The position numbers and the translations under genes are program-made. Below are positions 21,665 to 31,159 of a stretch of 64,000 nucleotides of DNA, piece by piece. This stretch comes from Minisyncoccota bacterium (lineage in GTDB: Bacteria; Patescibacteriota; Minisyncoccia; Phycocordibacterales; UBA9973), in assembly GCA_041675085.1 (NCBI GenBank), contig JBAYUN010000002.1:15967-79966 (forward strand), given 5' to 3'. A model generated the notes under the pieces. That model was not told the DNA's origin, did not search any database, and saw only the letters and a list, made by a program, of their open reading frames with translations. Numbering within the stretch: position 1 is the stretch's first letter; every line of letters begins with the position of its first letter.

Positions 21665-22153
21665 TTAATTTGTAGTTATTGTTTCTAAGTTTTGCGAGTC
21701 AGACAAAATAGGTGTAGCAGTATTATTTTCAAAATTAGTAGAACCGACGTCCAGAGAAGGAGCGGTAAATGAATTGAGATTAACAGGAGTAGAACTAGAG
21801 AAACTATCTTCTCCGATAGGAGCAAAAGGATTTGGTCTACCTTCATTATTGTCTGGTACTAAAGGAATAGTACCGTCGACTAGACTTTGAAAAGCGATAG
21901 AAGAAAAAATACTGTCATCTAAATTAATATTTTTAACATTGGACAAAGTTGCTAGGATTTGTTGTGAAAATTCAGAATCCAATACTGTCACATTGTTCGC
22001 AGCGGTATTCACAGTCACACCTGAAACTGGGATATTGTTTGTAGAGACTAAATTTGCCTCAGGTTCGTCTTTTTTAATTACAAATAAATATACCAAAACA
22101 AGGACAACTCCGATACTTACAAATATTAAGCCGTTTTTTAAAGTTGAGTTCAT
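21665..22153 (-). CDS. Membrane-anchored pilus-cluster protein (PilP position)
   Basis: N-terminal TM helix, GRPNPFAP motif; lies between pilO and pilB. Confidence 0.65.
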   Translation of the reverse strand: MNSTLKNGLIFVSIGVVLVLVYLFVIKKDEPEANLVSTNNIPVSGVTVNTAANNVTVLDSEFSQQILATLSNVKNINLDDSIFSSIAFQSLVDGTIPLVPDNNEGRPNPFAPIGEDSFSSSTPVNLNSFTAPSLDVGSTNFENNTATPILSDSQNLETITTN

Positions 22154-22154
22154 G

Positions 22155-22745
22155 TTAGTTTTTTAGCCAATAAGTTTTAATTTTAAAAGTATATATGTAT
22201 GAATCATTTGTAGATTTACTAGAACTTGAAGTCAATGAAGAAAATTCTACAGAAGATACGTCGACTAAGCGTAGATTCTTTTCCATATCTCTCGTGAAAT
22301 TAATAAAATTACTATAAGGACCTTCTACAGAAAATTCTAAATTCCATATACCGTATTCTTTATTTAAATCTCCTACGTCTACTCCAGCTTGGACAACTTC
22401 AGGCTCTCCTTCTTCGGCCTTCTTCTCGTCTTCGTATTTAACATTTTTTAAAGACATACCATAAATAGAAGCTATTTTTTCTATCTCTAAAATCAATCTA
22501 ATATTATCGACTCCATCTGGAAGCATTTTTTGGATTTTATCTCTGTTAACAGGAGTAATATTGTTTAGCTTTGTGACTAATTTATCTCTCTCATTTTCTA
22601 AAGTCTTAGAATTATTTAAGGCATCGTCATATGCACGAACTTGCGCCCTGAGAGCTTGGACTTCGTTATATGCAGGTGTAACAAAAGTCAAAAATCCTCC
22701 GATTGAAACTCCTAGCAATAAAATTGGAATAATAAATCTCATCAT
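22155..22745 (-). CDS. pilO: PilO-like protein
   Basis: TM plus coiled coil, KMLPD, VEGPYSNFINF, KNLRLVDV. Confidence 0.8.
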   Translation of the reverse strand: MMRFIIPILLLGVSIGGFLTFVTPAYNEVQALRAQVRAYDDALNNSKTLENERDKLVTKLNNITPVNRDKIQKMLPDGVDNIRLILEIEKIASIYGMSLKNVKYEDEKKAEEGEPEVVQAGVDVGDLNKEYGIWNLEFSVEGPYSNFINFTRDMEKNLRLVDVSSVEFSSLTSSSSKSTNDSYIYTFKIKTYWLKN

Positions 22746-22748
22746 ATA

Positions 22749-23393
22749 TTAATTCTCTTCCCCTGCTCCAGCAGGGATTACGTTAGTCTGAGTGGGTGCA
22801 GTTGGTCTTTCTTTTTCTAGAGTTTGCTTATAATTAACTAAACTTGGATCTACAGAAAAATCTAAATCAAAAATAACGCCACCTTTTTCTTGTAAAGACA
22901 GATTATAGAAAACTGGATCTTTTAGATTTTTATTTGCAGAAAATAAATCTGCTTGCAAAGCGATAGCTCTATAGCCTTCAGCTTCACCTGACATTTTTAC
23001 TAAAATCACATCATTTTCTGCAATTTCATAACTGAATTGAGTATAGCGTACAGACTTCATCGTGATATCTTGTAACACTTTAAAAATAGGACTAATGGTA
23101 ATATGCTGATCTAAAATTTTATTAGAAGCTTTAAGCCTCTTGTCTAGAGTTTGCAATTCAGAAACAGTTGAAACTTCAAATCTTTGGTTTGCACGATTCA
23201 AAGTCTCTTCTTGGGTTTTAATATTTTGAGCTAGAACTGTTTGATAAAAATATAAACCACCAAATGACAATACAACAGATAGAAATAGTATTACAGTAAA
23301 AACAGTCAAAAAGCTCATAGATTTTTTAGGCTTAACAGTATCTTCTATGATTGGTTTTTTTGGTATAAATGATGTTTGAAAATTTTGTTCCAT
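22749..23393 (-). CDS. pilN: PilN-like protein
   Basis: TM plus coiled coil, MSGEA; position between pilM and pilO. Confidence 0.7.
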   Translation of the reverse strand: MEQNFQTSFIPKKPIIEDTVKPKKSMSFLTVFTVILFLSVVLSFGGLYFYQTVLAQNIKTQEETLNRANQRFEVSTVSELQTLDKRLKASNKILDQHITISPIFKVLQDITMKSVRYTQFSYEIAENDVILVKMSGEAEGYRAIALQADLFSANKNLKDPVFYNLSLQEKGGVIFDLDFSVDPSLVNYKQTLEKERPTAPTQTNVIPAGAGEEN

Positions 23394-23426
23394 CTTTTAT
23401 ATTTACCTTAATACATTATAAACTAT

Positions 23427-24566
23427 TTATTGTAATTTGCGCAGTGCAAGTCCGATAGCCACACCGAATTCTGGACCAGTTGTCTCTAAAACTTTTTCCA
23501 AAAATGCAGGTGCGCCAACTTTTGAAAAAGGACGACCTATTTCTACCTCGGCTTTAAAATTATTTACAGCTTCTTCTTTCAATCCTTTCAGTAAAGATCC
23601 ACCACCGGTAAATATAACTTTACTAATAGTGCGACCATATTTCTTTTCGTATCTTAATAATACATTATTTGTTTCTGAAAAGATATAGTCGGTGTGGATT
23701 TTTATTATGTCGCCTAGATTTTTTTCAGCTTGATTTTCGTAAAGGCCAAATTCTTTTTTTAATTCTTCAGCTTTCTCAAAAGGGATAGTTAGAGATTTAG
23801 AAATTGAAGAAGTTATATCTGCTCCCCCTCTATCTATCGTGTGATAATTTTTCACCATGCCGAATTCTACAAATGATAATTTGGTACGAGACGCTCCAAC
23901 ATCAATAAGCAAGACTAAAGATAATTCATGCTCAAAACAAGATCTCACAGAAGAGAATATTTCTACTTCGAAAAAAGAAGCAGACAGACCAGCTCCTGAT
24001 ACCACAGAACGGAGTTTAGTGATTGCGTCATTTTGAATAGCCACTACCAAGACTTCTTTTTTAGCTTCTATATTTTTCAAAAAATCTGGATTGTTGGCTT
24101 CTTCAAAAGACATTTCTTTTTTAGGTATTTCAAAGAAATCCAAAGTGACTTCACTCATAGGAACAGGTATGTATTTGCGTGCTTCAGTCGAAACAATAGC
24201 AGACATTTCTTTTTGTTCTATTTGGGCTGGCAAATCCATAGAAAAAATCAGACTGGATTGTATAGGTACAGCCAAAGCAACGGAAGTAGTCGTAGTGCCT
24301 GATTGTTGCAAGACTTCTTTTAAAGCTTCTACAACTTTTTCTATAGAAAGATTTGTAGCCGTGCCTAATTCGGTACCTGCATACGGACCTAAAGCTATCG
24401 CTCCATAAGTCTCAAGCATAGCCTTGCCACCCTTCTTTTTGATTTCAACAATCTTAATAGAAGAAGTACCAATATCAATACCGAGGGCTGAGCCTCCGCT
24501 ACTGTCCCCGCCTCCAGAAACCATACTACTGACTGTATCTAAAATTTTTTTAAAAGGATTGTCCAT
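23427..24566 (-). CDS. pilM: Type IV pilus assembly protein PilM
   Basis: LGIDIGTSSIKIVE, EARKYIP, IDVGASRT, FTGGGS, AIGLALR. Confidence 0.93.
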   Translation of the reverse strand: MDNPFKKILDTVSSMVSGGGDSSGGSALGIDIGTSSIKIVEIKKKGGKAMLETYGAIALGPYAGTELGTATNLSIEKVVEALKEVLQQSGTTTTSVALAVPIQSSLIFSMDLPAQIEQKEMSAIVSTEARKYIPVPMSEVTLDFFEIPKKEMSFEEANNPDFLKNIEAKKEVLVVAIQNDAITKLRSVVSGAGLSASFFEVEIFSSVRSCFEHELSLVLLIDVGASRTKLSFVEFGMVKNYHTIDRGGADITSSISKSLTIPFEKAEELKKEFGLYENQAEKNLGDIIKIHTDYIFSETNNVLLRYEKKYGRTISKVIFTGGGSLLKGLKEEAVNNFKAEVEIGRPFSKVGAPAFLEKVLETTGPEFGVAIGLALRKLQ

Positions 24567-24599
24567 TTGTGATAAAATATAACTAAAGTATAACATACA

Positions 24600-25250
24600 A
24601 TGAAAATTCTAAAAACTATTCTAGATATCGTTTTCCCCAATTATTGTATTATTTGTCATGCTAAGGGCAGTGACCTTTGCGCCGACTGCCTCTACAAAGC
24701 TCAAATCTCAGAAAAAGAGGTAGAAGAATATGTCTATCCCCTATATGACTATCGAGATACTATTATCAAGAGAGCCATATGGAACCTGAAATACAAAAAC
24801 AAGAAAAATTTAAGTCTTGTCTTTGCAGAAATAATGTATCCAAAAATCTTGGAAGAATTAGGAGACATGAAAGCATTTGAGAATTTTACGAACCCGATAC
24901 TTATCCCAATACCAGTCTCCAAAAAAAGATTAAAAGAAAGAGGTTATAATCAGAGTTTATTGATTGCTAAAGAACTAAATAAAATAGATCGGGACAAGAG
25001 TTTTGTTTTAATGAATAATATTTTAATAAAACACAAAGAGACTATTCACCAAGCACATGTAAAAAATAAAAAAGAAAGATTGGCAAACTTGATCGGAAGT
25101 TTTTCTGTTATAAATAAAGAACTTATAAAAAACAGAAATATTATTTTGATAGATGACGTCACCACCACAGGCGCCACATTAAAAGAAGCAAAAAAAGAAC
25201 TAAAGAAAAACGGAGCTAGAAAAATTATCGCTTTTACTATCGCGCATTAA
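24600..25250 (+). CDS. comF: ComF family phosphoribosyltransferase-like competence protein
   Basis: CIIC...CADC, RGYNQS, ILIDDVTTTGATL. Confidence 0.92.
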   Translation: MKILKTILDIVFPNYCIICHAKGSDLCADCLYKAQISEKEVEEYVYPLYDYRDTIIKRAIWNLKYKNKKNLSLVFAEIMYPKILEELGDMKAFENFTNPILIPIPVSKKRLKERGYNQSLLIAKELNKIDRDKSFVLMNNILIKHKETIHQAHVKNKKERLANLIGSFSVINKELIKNRNIILIDDVTTTGATLKEAKKELKKNGARKIIAFTIAH

Positions 25251-25286
25251 ATTTTAATTAGAAACAAATCAGTATATACTATATAC

Positions 25287-26447
25287 ATGAACAACGATAT
25301 ATATAAACAATCTTTAGATTTGCATGGAGAATATGGCGGTAAGTTAGAAACAAAAAGTAAAATCAAACTAGACTCAAAAGAAGTATTGTCTTTAGCTTAT
25401 AGTCCAGGAGTTGCTGAAGTCTCTAGAGTTATCGCACTTGACCCTGCTCTCGCTAAAACTTATACCTTAAAGAAAAATACTATCGCTATAGTGAGCGACG
25501 GCTCGGCTATACTCGGACTCGGTAATCTAGGACCCTTAGCGGCTATACCTGTGATGGAAGGTAAAGCTTGTATCTTTAAAGAATTCGCCGACGTAGATGC
25601 CTTCCCTATTTGTCTCGATACACAAGACACCGAAGAAATAATAAAAATAGTAAAAAACATCGCTCCAGTTTTCGGAGGAATTAATCTCGAAGATATTTCA
25701 GCTCCTAGATGTTTCGAAATAGAAGAACGCCTAAGACGAGAGCTAGATATACCTGTAATGCATGATGATCAATGGGGCGCCGCGACGGTCACACTAGCAG
25801 CCTTGATAAATTCTTTAAAATTACTAGACCAAGATTTTAAAAATAAAAAAGATACTTATAAAATAGTTATGAGTGGAGTCGGAGCTGCGGGTGTAGCTAC
25901 AGCGAGACTACTAGACGTGTACGGATTTAAAAATATTATCTATTGTGATAGTCATGGAATAATACATAAAGGACGCACGGATTTAAATAAAGAAAAAGTA
26001 GAATTAATAGAGAATAGTAAAGCTCTCCCAAAAGAAGGAAAATTAGAAGACGCTATCATAGAGGCTCAAGTTTTCATCGGTCTATCAAAACCAAACACTC
26101 TCACAAAAGAGATGGTAAAGACTATGAGTGACCGTCCGATAATCTTTGCCCTTGCTAACCCTACTCCTGAGATAATGCCCGAAGATGCACTCGAGGCAGG
26201 AGCATACATAGTAGCTACTGGACGTAGTGACTACCCTAACCAAATAAATAATTCTCTTGTATTCCCTGGAGCATTTAAAGGAATGCTAGAAAATAATATT
26301 CCACAATTTAAAATAGAAATGTTCTCGGCTATCGCAGAGTCATTAGCAGAATCTCTAAAAGACGTATCTACAAATAAAATCATTCATTCTATGTTTGATA
26401 AAGAAGTAGTCGATATCGTACGCGAGACTATCAAAAAATTTAAGTAA
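25287..26447 (+). CDS. NAD(P)-dependent malic enzyme
   Basis: AYSPGVA, DGSAILGLG, PVMEGKA, INLEDI, HDDQWG, ALANPTPEI, ATGRSDYPNQINN. Confidence 0.95.
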   Translation: MNNDIYKQSLDLHGEYGGKLETKSKIKLDSKEVLSLAYSPGVAEVSRVIALDPALAKTYTLKKNTIAIVSDGSAILGLGNLGPLAAIPVMEGKACIFKEFADVDAFPICLDTQDTEEIIKIVKNIAPVFGGINLEDISAPRCFEIEERLRRELDIPVMHDDQWGAATVTLAALINSLKLLDQDFKNKKDTYKIVMSGVGAAGVATARLLDVYGFKNIIYCDSHGIIHKGRTDLNKEKVELIENSKALPKEGKLEDAIIEAQVFIGLSKPNTLTKEMVKTMSDRPIIFALANPTPEIMPEDALEAGAYIVATGRSDYPNQINNSLVFPGAFKGMLENNIPQFKIEMFSAIAESLAESLKDVSTNKIIHSMFDKEVVDIVRETIKKFK

Positions 26448-26450
26448 AAT

Positions 26451-26945
26451 TTATTTTAAATTATCTACAGTAATTTCTGATTTTGGATTAAAGGCTTCAG
26501 GGTCTATTTCCAAATGCATTTCAGTCTTATTTACTACCACAAAGTCTCCCAAGAATTTTAAAAAGTCTTCTTTAACTTCTTTTTCACCTGATTCTAGGAA
26601 ATGGTCCATCGGGTGACCTTCGGGAGTATATTCAAAATGCCCTCTTATTTCTCCGTCTTCGAAAACTCGCAAATGATATTGAGTGTTAAAATCTATCAAT
26701 TTTCTCCAGCTCAAAACCTGACCATTGTCCACCCAAGCTACGAAATGATTACCAAAACCCCAATTATTATGGAGATGATGTTTTAAATCTTCCAGAGTAG
26801 CGCCTGCTTTAAGCCAGCCTATATGATACTCTTGTCTGCCTTTATGATGAATGATTTTATACTTTAATAAAAAAGTTTGAAATTTATGAAAAAATTTATA
26901 AATAAAAGACCAGACATGCTTTTTGATTTTATCTCCAGAATTCAT
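26451..26945 (-). CDS. Hypothetical protein
   Basis: 164-aa ORF with protein-like composition (QYHLRVF, RGHFEYTPE). Confidence 0.7.
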   Translation of the reverse strand: MNSGDKIKKHVWSFIYKFFHKFQTFLLKYKIIHHKGRQEYHIGWLKAGATLEDLKHHLHNNWGFGNHFVAWVDNGQVLSWRKLIDFNTQYHLRVFEDGEIRGHFEYTPEGHPMDHFLESGEKEVKEDFLKFLGDFVVVNKTEMHLEIDPEAFNPKSEITVDNLK

Positions 26946-26974
26946 ACTAGGAGTATATCATATTTGATATAAAG

Positions 26975-27394
26975 TTAGACGAATTTACTCTCGTCTATTT
27001 TGTCATTCCTAAAGTCTTTCAATAAATAGCCTCCTGTGTATTGAAAATGAGGCAAATCTTGAAAAGTCTTCCAAGCTCCTCCCCATTCTAAGCCAAGGAG
27101 CATTCCGAGCTCTCCAACTTTTTTAAAAAGTTTTTTATTTTTCCAAGCAGGCCTATCGTCCACAATAGGACAAAAATCAAAAGCTACTCCAAAATTATGA
27201 AATGAATACCCACCTTTAGCATTAGTAACGATACTCCCTTTTGTCGTCCTACCTTGGGCATATAGTGCGTCTTGTTCTGCTTTGGTACGTAGGGTTTGAG
27301 TAATAATGATTTTTATTTTTTCTTTCTTGCAAGATTTTATTAATTCTTCCGCAAGTCTTTTAACTTTTGGTTTTAATTGATCTAAGTTATTCAT
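26975..27394 (-). CDS. M15 family peptidase (L-Ala-D-Glu/CwlK-like)
   Basis: RTKAEQDALYAQGRT, VTNAKGGYSFHNFGVAFD, WGGAW, DLPHFQ. Confidence 0.92.
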   Translation of the reverse strand: MNNLDQLKPKVKRLAEELIKSCKKEKIKIIITQTLRTKAEQDALYAQGRTTKGSIVTNAKGGYSFHNFGVAFDFCPIVDDRPAWKNKKLFKKVGELGMLLGLEWGGAWKTFQDLPHFQYTGGYLLKDFRNDKIDESKFV

Positions 27395-27412
27395 AACAAA
27401 TTCTTGATAAAT

Positions 27413-27808
27413 TTATCTATTTAAATAAGTGATAGTTAACTGTAAAACAGTCGCAAAAGAAACCCAAAGTAAATACGGTATTTGGATATATGTTATCCAT
27501 TTAGCATACGGATATATCATATACATAGCCCATAATAGAGTAATCAAAACTAAAAGAATATCTATAGAAGCGAGTAGATTATTCTTTAAAGTAAATTGAA
27601 AATAAGTAAAAATGAAATTAAAAAATAGATTTAAGATAAAAGGCAAAACTACTTCTATCGGGACCTTGCCTTTATAATACATCATAAAAACTCTAGTAAA
27701 AGAAACAAAGATTAGAATATATAAAATACTCCAAACCGGCCCAAAAAGATAACTAGGCGGAGCCCAAGATGGTTTGACTAAAGTAGAATACCAATTATAT
27801 GTGTTCAT
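27413..27808 (-). CDS. tspO: TspO/MBR tryptophan-rich sensory protein
   Basis: WYSTLVKPSWAPPSYLFGPVW, PYLLWVSFA. Confidence 0.93.
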   Translation of the reverse strand: MNTYNWYSTLVKPSWAPPSYLFGPVWSILYILIFVSFTRVFMMYYKGKVPIEVVLPFILNLFFNFIFTYFQFTLKNNLLASIDILLVLITLLWAMYMIYPYAKWITYIQIPYLLWVSFATVLQLTITYLNR

Positions 27809-27826
27809 ATTAAAATTATAGCATTT

Positions 27827-28081
27827 TTATTTTCCGCTTCGCACCGCTTTCACTAAGAAGATCAAAACCACTGCCCCAAGTAGAGCTACTAAGAAACTGT
27901 ATAGACTAAATCCATTAACTCCAGTCCCTCCAATACCATCAACAATAAATCCGCCCAGACTTGCCCCAACGATACCCACAACGATATTCAACAATACACC
28001 TTGCTCGGCGTCTGTATTCATAATGAGTGATGCTACCCATCCTACCAATCCCCCAAATATAATCCAAAGTATGATTCCCAT
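27827..28081 (-). CDS. GlsB/YeaQ/YmgE stress-response membrane protein
   Basis: MGIILWIIFGGLVGWVAS...NIVVGIVGA...ALLGAVVL. Confidence 0.92.
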   Translation of the reverse strand: MGIILWIIFGGLVGWVASLIMNTDAEQGVLLNIVVGIVGASLGGFIVDGIGGTGVNGFSLYSFLVALLGAVVLIFLVKAVRSGK

Positions 28082-28120
28082 AAAATTAAAAATTAAAATA
28101 ATAATACCTACAATACTGTA

Positions 28121-28146
28121 GACGAATAAGAGTGAGAATTATTACA
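28121..28146 (-). promoter_or_regulatory. Putative ECF promoter 1
   Basis: TGTAAT-16 nt-CGTC upstream of GlsB/YeaQ gene. Confidence 0.7.
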
Positions 28147-28154
28147 AAAATTAT

Positions 28155-28244
28155 TGGCGGAGCCGGAGGGATTCGAACCCTCGAGACCTTTTACAGCCTG
28201 CCTCTTTAGCAAAGAGGTAGATTAGACCACTCTCCCACGGCTCC
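28155..28244 (-). tRNA. tRNA-Ser(GCT)
   Basis: GGAGCCG/CGGCTCC acceptor, CCTCT-TTGCTAA-AGAGG anticodon arm, long variable arm, encoded CCA. Confidence 0.94.
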
Positions 28245-28310
28245 ATAAGACCATGTTAGCATATTATTACTATTTTTCCATTTTATGCTATATTAGTAAA
28301 TGTGCCACAC

Positions 28311-28397
28311 GGAGAGATGGATGAGTGGTTTAAATCAACGGTTTACTAAACCGTCGTCCCTTAAACAGGACCGCGAGTTCGAATCTCGCTCTCTCCG
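28311..28397 (+). tRNA. tRNA-Ser with ACT anticodon
   Basis: GGAGAGA/TCTCTCC acceptor, ACGGT-TTACTAA-ACCGT anticodon arm, long variable arm, GCGAG-TTCGAAT-CTCGC, G73. Confidence 0.9.
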
Positions 28398-28408
28398 CAG
28401 AGACAATA

Positions 28409-29434
28409 TTACCCTATATCCTGCATTAAGCCTGAGACTGTCATTCTATTTATAGAAGATTCTTTTATTTGTCCTGAGAGACGATATTTTACATAGTTTC
28501 CTTCTTTATTTGAAACTTTAAAATTTAAATTAATTTCTTTGACTTCTTTGTTAGCAATACTATCCATCATATTCAAGAAATTTTCTTTATCATCTGGAGA
28601 TATCAAGTCTACGAAACTTTCTAAAGAGAATTTTGTAGTTGTTGCTATATTAAAAACAGAAGCGAGATGATTGTCGAAATAAAAGAATTTCTCAGGAAGA
28701 TAGAAAGTAAATTTACCCACCTTGGCTAAATCCTGCAACTCTTTGAATTTCTTTTCTTTAATAGAAAAACCATCAGTTTCTTTTTCTAGAACTTCTATTG
28801 AAGATTCTTTTTTGTAAATAGAAAACAATAAAGACAAGATAATGATTGCTATCAAAACACCTACCAAGCTAATAGTGATAGTCGCAAATAAAGTCTGACT
28901 ACGCCAAATATCTACAGACACATCAATACCCAATAAGGCTACAGTATTACCACTCGCATCCAAGATAGGCGCATAAGCTGAATACCAATCTCCCCAACTA
29001 TCTTTGTATGGGCCATCCACATAACTCTCCCCTTTCAAGAAATGTTCAATATCGACAGGTCGAGTATCTTCAAAAATCTGACCTGGAGGAGAATATTCAC
29101 TAGAATTTACAGGTTCTGTATCGAGAAAGAAAAATTGTTTATTTAAATTTTGATCATAACCTAAAAGATACAAGAAACGTATCTCGGGATTTAGTTCTCT
29201 AAAAGAGATGAGTTTGTTTAAAATATTTGTATAATTTTCTGAATTTAAGTCTGAAGCGTCTTTACGAAAATTACTCACATCTTCTGCATCTATAAATAAT
29301 GAAGCTTGCTTGGCTTGAGTTATAAGCTCATTGTTTTGATTTTTAAGAATATAATTATTGACCCGCAAAATAGCAAAAATAATACATATAGCCGTAATAC
29401 TAATAACTAAAATGATGGTTGAGATTTTTTTCAT
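28409..29434 (-). CDS. Membrane sensor protein: TM, Cache-like extracellular domain, TM, PAS-like domain; no output domain
   Basis: RFLYLL, YSPPGQ, GPYKDSWGDWYSAYAPI, LLGID; C-terminal ISPDDKE...SGLMQDI. Start 29434 avoids overlap with the divergent gene. Confidence 0.75.
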   Translation of the reverse strand: MKKISTIILVISITAICIIFAILRVNNYILKNQNNELITQAKQASLFIDAEDVSNFRKDASDLNSENYTNILNKLISFRELNPEIRFLYLLGYDQNLNKQFFFLDTEPVNSSEYSPPGQIFEDTRPVDIEHFLKGESYVDGPYKDSWGDWYSAYAPILDASGNTVALLGIDVSVDIWRSQTLFATITISLVGVLIAIIILSLLFSIYKKESSIEVLEKETDGFSIKEKKFKELQDLAKVGKFTFYLPEKFFYFDNHLASVFNIATTTKFSLESFVDLISPDDKENFLNMMDSIANKEVKEINLNFKVSNKEGNYVKYRLSGQIKESSINRMTVSGLMQDIG

Positions 29435-29511
29435 AAAATAAAGCTTAATGATATACATAGAATTATATAATCTTTTAAACAAGAAAGCTACAACTCTGTT
29501 ATAATTAAGAC

Positions 29512-30399
29512 ATGAAAAAAATCGTAATTTTAGGAGGTTCGGGTTTTGTGGGTACAAACCTCACAGAAAAATTATTAGCAAAAGATTATCAAGTGTTGAT
29601 CTTGGATATTATGCCGTCTCGTCTCACTCATCAAAATCTAACTTTTCACAAACTTAATCTAATGGATGAGGATATACCTACAGAGATTATTATTAATAGT
29701 CATGGGATCATCAATCTCGCTGGTATTCCGATATTTGGTAGATTTACTAAAAAATACAAAGACTTAATCTATAAATCAAGAATCCTAACAACTCGAAATA
29801 TAGTCAAAGCAATCATGTCATTGGAAGTAAGACCAAAAGTCTTGGTTAGTGCTTCGGCTATTGGATATTATGGAGATCAAAAAGATAAACTTTTAAATGA
29901 AGAAATGCCCTCGGGAGAGGATTTCTTGTCTCATGTTTGCAAAGACTGGGAAACAGAAGCACTAAAATTAAAAGATACGGGTACTAGAGTGGTTATCTTG
30001 AGAACTGCTCATGTCATAGGTCAAGGTAGCCTCGCTAAAATATTAAAAAATCTTTTTACAAAAAACATCGGAGGTTATTTTGGGAACGGTGCTCAGAGAA
30101 TGCCTTGGATTAGTTCGTCGGATTTGGTAGATATGTATATCTTTGCTTTAGAAGAAAATATCAAAGGTATCTACAACACTGCCTCAAATAGTCCAACTCA
30201 AAAAGAATTTATGAATGCATTTAAAGAAAGATACAAAAGTCTATTTACTTGGAGCATACCTCGTTTTTTTGGATTTTTACTTTATGGAGAATTTATAGAT
30301 ACCCTCCTGGGAGGACAAAATATAGATAGTACTAAAATCAAAAATAGTGCTTTTGTATTTAAAGATACAGAACTCAAAGAATTGCTAAAAAATATTTAA
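29512..30399 (+). CDS. TIGR01777/YfcH-like NAD-dependent epimerase family protein
   Basis: GGSGFVG, INLAG, SASAIGYYGD, DFLSHVCKDWE, QRMPWI. Confidence 0.9.
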   Translation: MKKIVILGGSGFVGTNLTEKLLAKDYQVLILDIMPSRLTHQNLTFHKLNLMDEDIPTEIIINSHGIINLAGIPIFGRFTKKYKDLIYKSRILTTRNIVKAIMSLEVRPKVLVSASAIGYYGDQKDKLLNEEMPSGEDFLSHVCKDWETEALKLKDTGTRVVILRTAHVIGQGSLAKILKNLFTKNIGGYFGNGAQRMPWISSSDLVDMYIFALEENIKGIYNTASNSPTQKEFMNAFKERYKSLFTWSIPRFFGFLLYGEFIDTLLGGQNIDSTKIKNSAFVFKDTELKELLKNI

Positions 30400-30401
30400 A
30401 A

Positions 30402-30992
30402 CTAAGAATTATTTTTCATATCTAAGATTTCTTTTTCTAATTTCTTAACATTAATTTTTAATTTTTTTGTCTCGGCAATAAATTTTAATTGAACTGAATT
30501 AGCATGCTCAGCCAAAGTTTCGGCTACGGCTACCATGTCAGTAATATCTTCTATAGCCAAAAGTATTATTGGTGGGAATTTTACAGAAGTTTTATCTTCT
30601 TTAAAGTGTATTTCACGTGCATTCAATATCATAACCTTGCGTCCAATAAATGGAAATTCATGGCTAACCTCAAAACCTTTAAAAAAGGTATTTTTAGGTA
30701 AAATATCTTCAAGTAATTTTCTAAGTGCAGGTATATCCCACTGATGATTACCTAATTCATAAATTTTCTTACCCTCAGTGTCTTTCATCTCAACCTGAAA
30801 GGTTCTATAAAAAGAATCGTTTGCTGCCATAACTTTAAAATTTTTATCTAAAATCAAAATCGGCTCCCGAACGATATCTACCACGGTCCTGACATAAGTC
30901 CAACTTTTTTCCCAAAGGTCTAAAGTTAAATTATTGTCGGCGGTAGAATTTATTTCAAGTTTTTTTTCTTTCTTTTGATTATTATGTTTCAT
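30402..30992 (-). CDS. Stand-alone PAS-domain protein
   Basis: VREPILILD, ANDSFYRTF, YELGNHQWDIPALRKLLE, ILLAIEDIT, then coiled coil. Confidence 0.85.
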   Translation of the reverse strand: MKHNNQKKEKKLEINSTADNNLTLDLWEKSWTYVRTVVDIVREPILILDKNFKVMAANDSFYRTFQVEMKDTEGKKIYELGNHQWDIPALRKLLEDILPKNTFFKGFEVSHEFPFIGRKVMILNAREIHFKEDKTSVKFPPIILLAIEDITDMVAVAETLAEHANSVQLKFIAETKKLKINVKKLEKEILDMKNNS

Positions 30993-31001
30993 ACTATCTT
31001 A

Positions 31002-31027
31002 GACGTAGATACAGAGTGATTATTACA
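31002..31027 (-). promoter_or_regulatory. Putative ECF promoter 2
   Basis: TGTAAT-16 nt-CGTC, 9 nt before the PAS gene ATG. Confidence 0.7.
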
Positions 31028-31122
31028 AAATAAGAAGAAATATAATGGTATAATAGAAAAAGGTATATATACTAAGTAAAATCAGGCTAATATCAAATAA
31101 CAAATTAATAAACAATAAAGAC

Positions 31123-31148
31123 TGTAATAATATCACTTGTGATACGGC
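31123..31148 (+). promoter_or_regulatory. Putative ECF promoter 3 (autoregulatory)
   Basis: TGTAAT-16 nt-CGGC, 11 nt before the sigma ATG. Confidence 0.65.
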
Positions 31149-31159
31149 TTCATAAATAA

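Noticed and set aside
26975-27394. Prophage endolysin
   Set aside because: M15 peptidase has no neighbouring holin, structural or integrase genes
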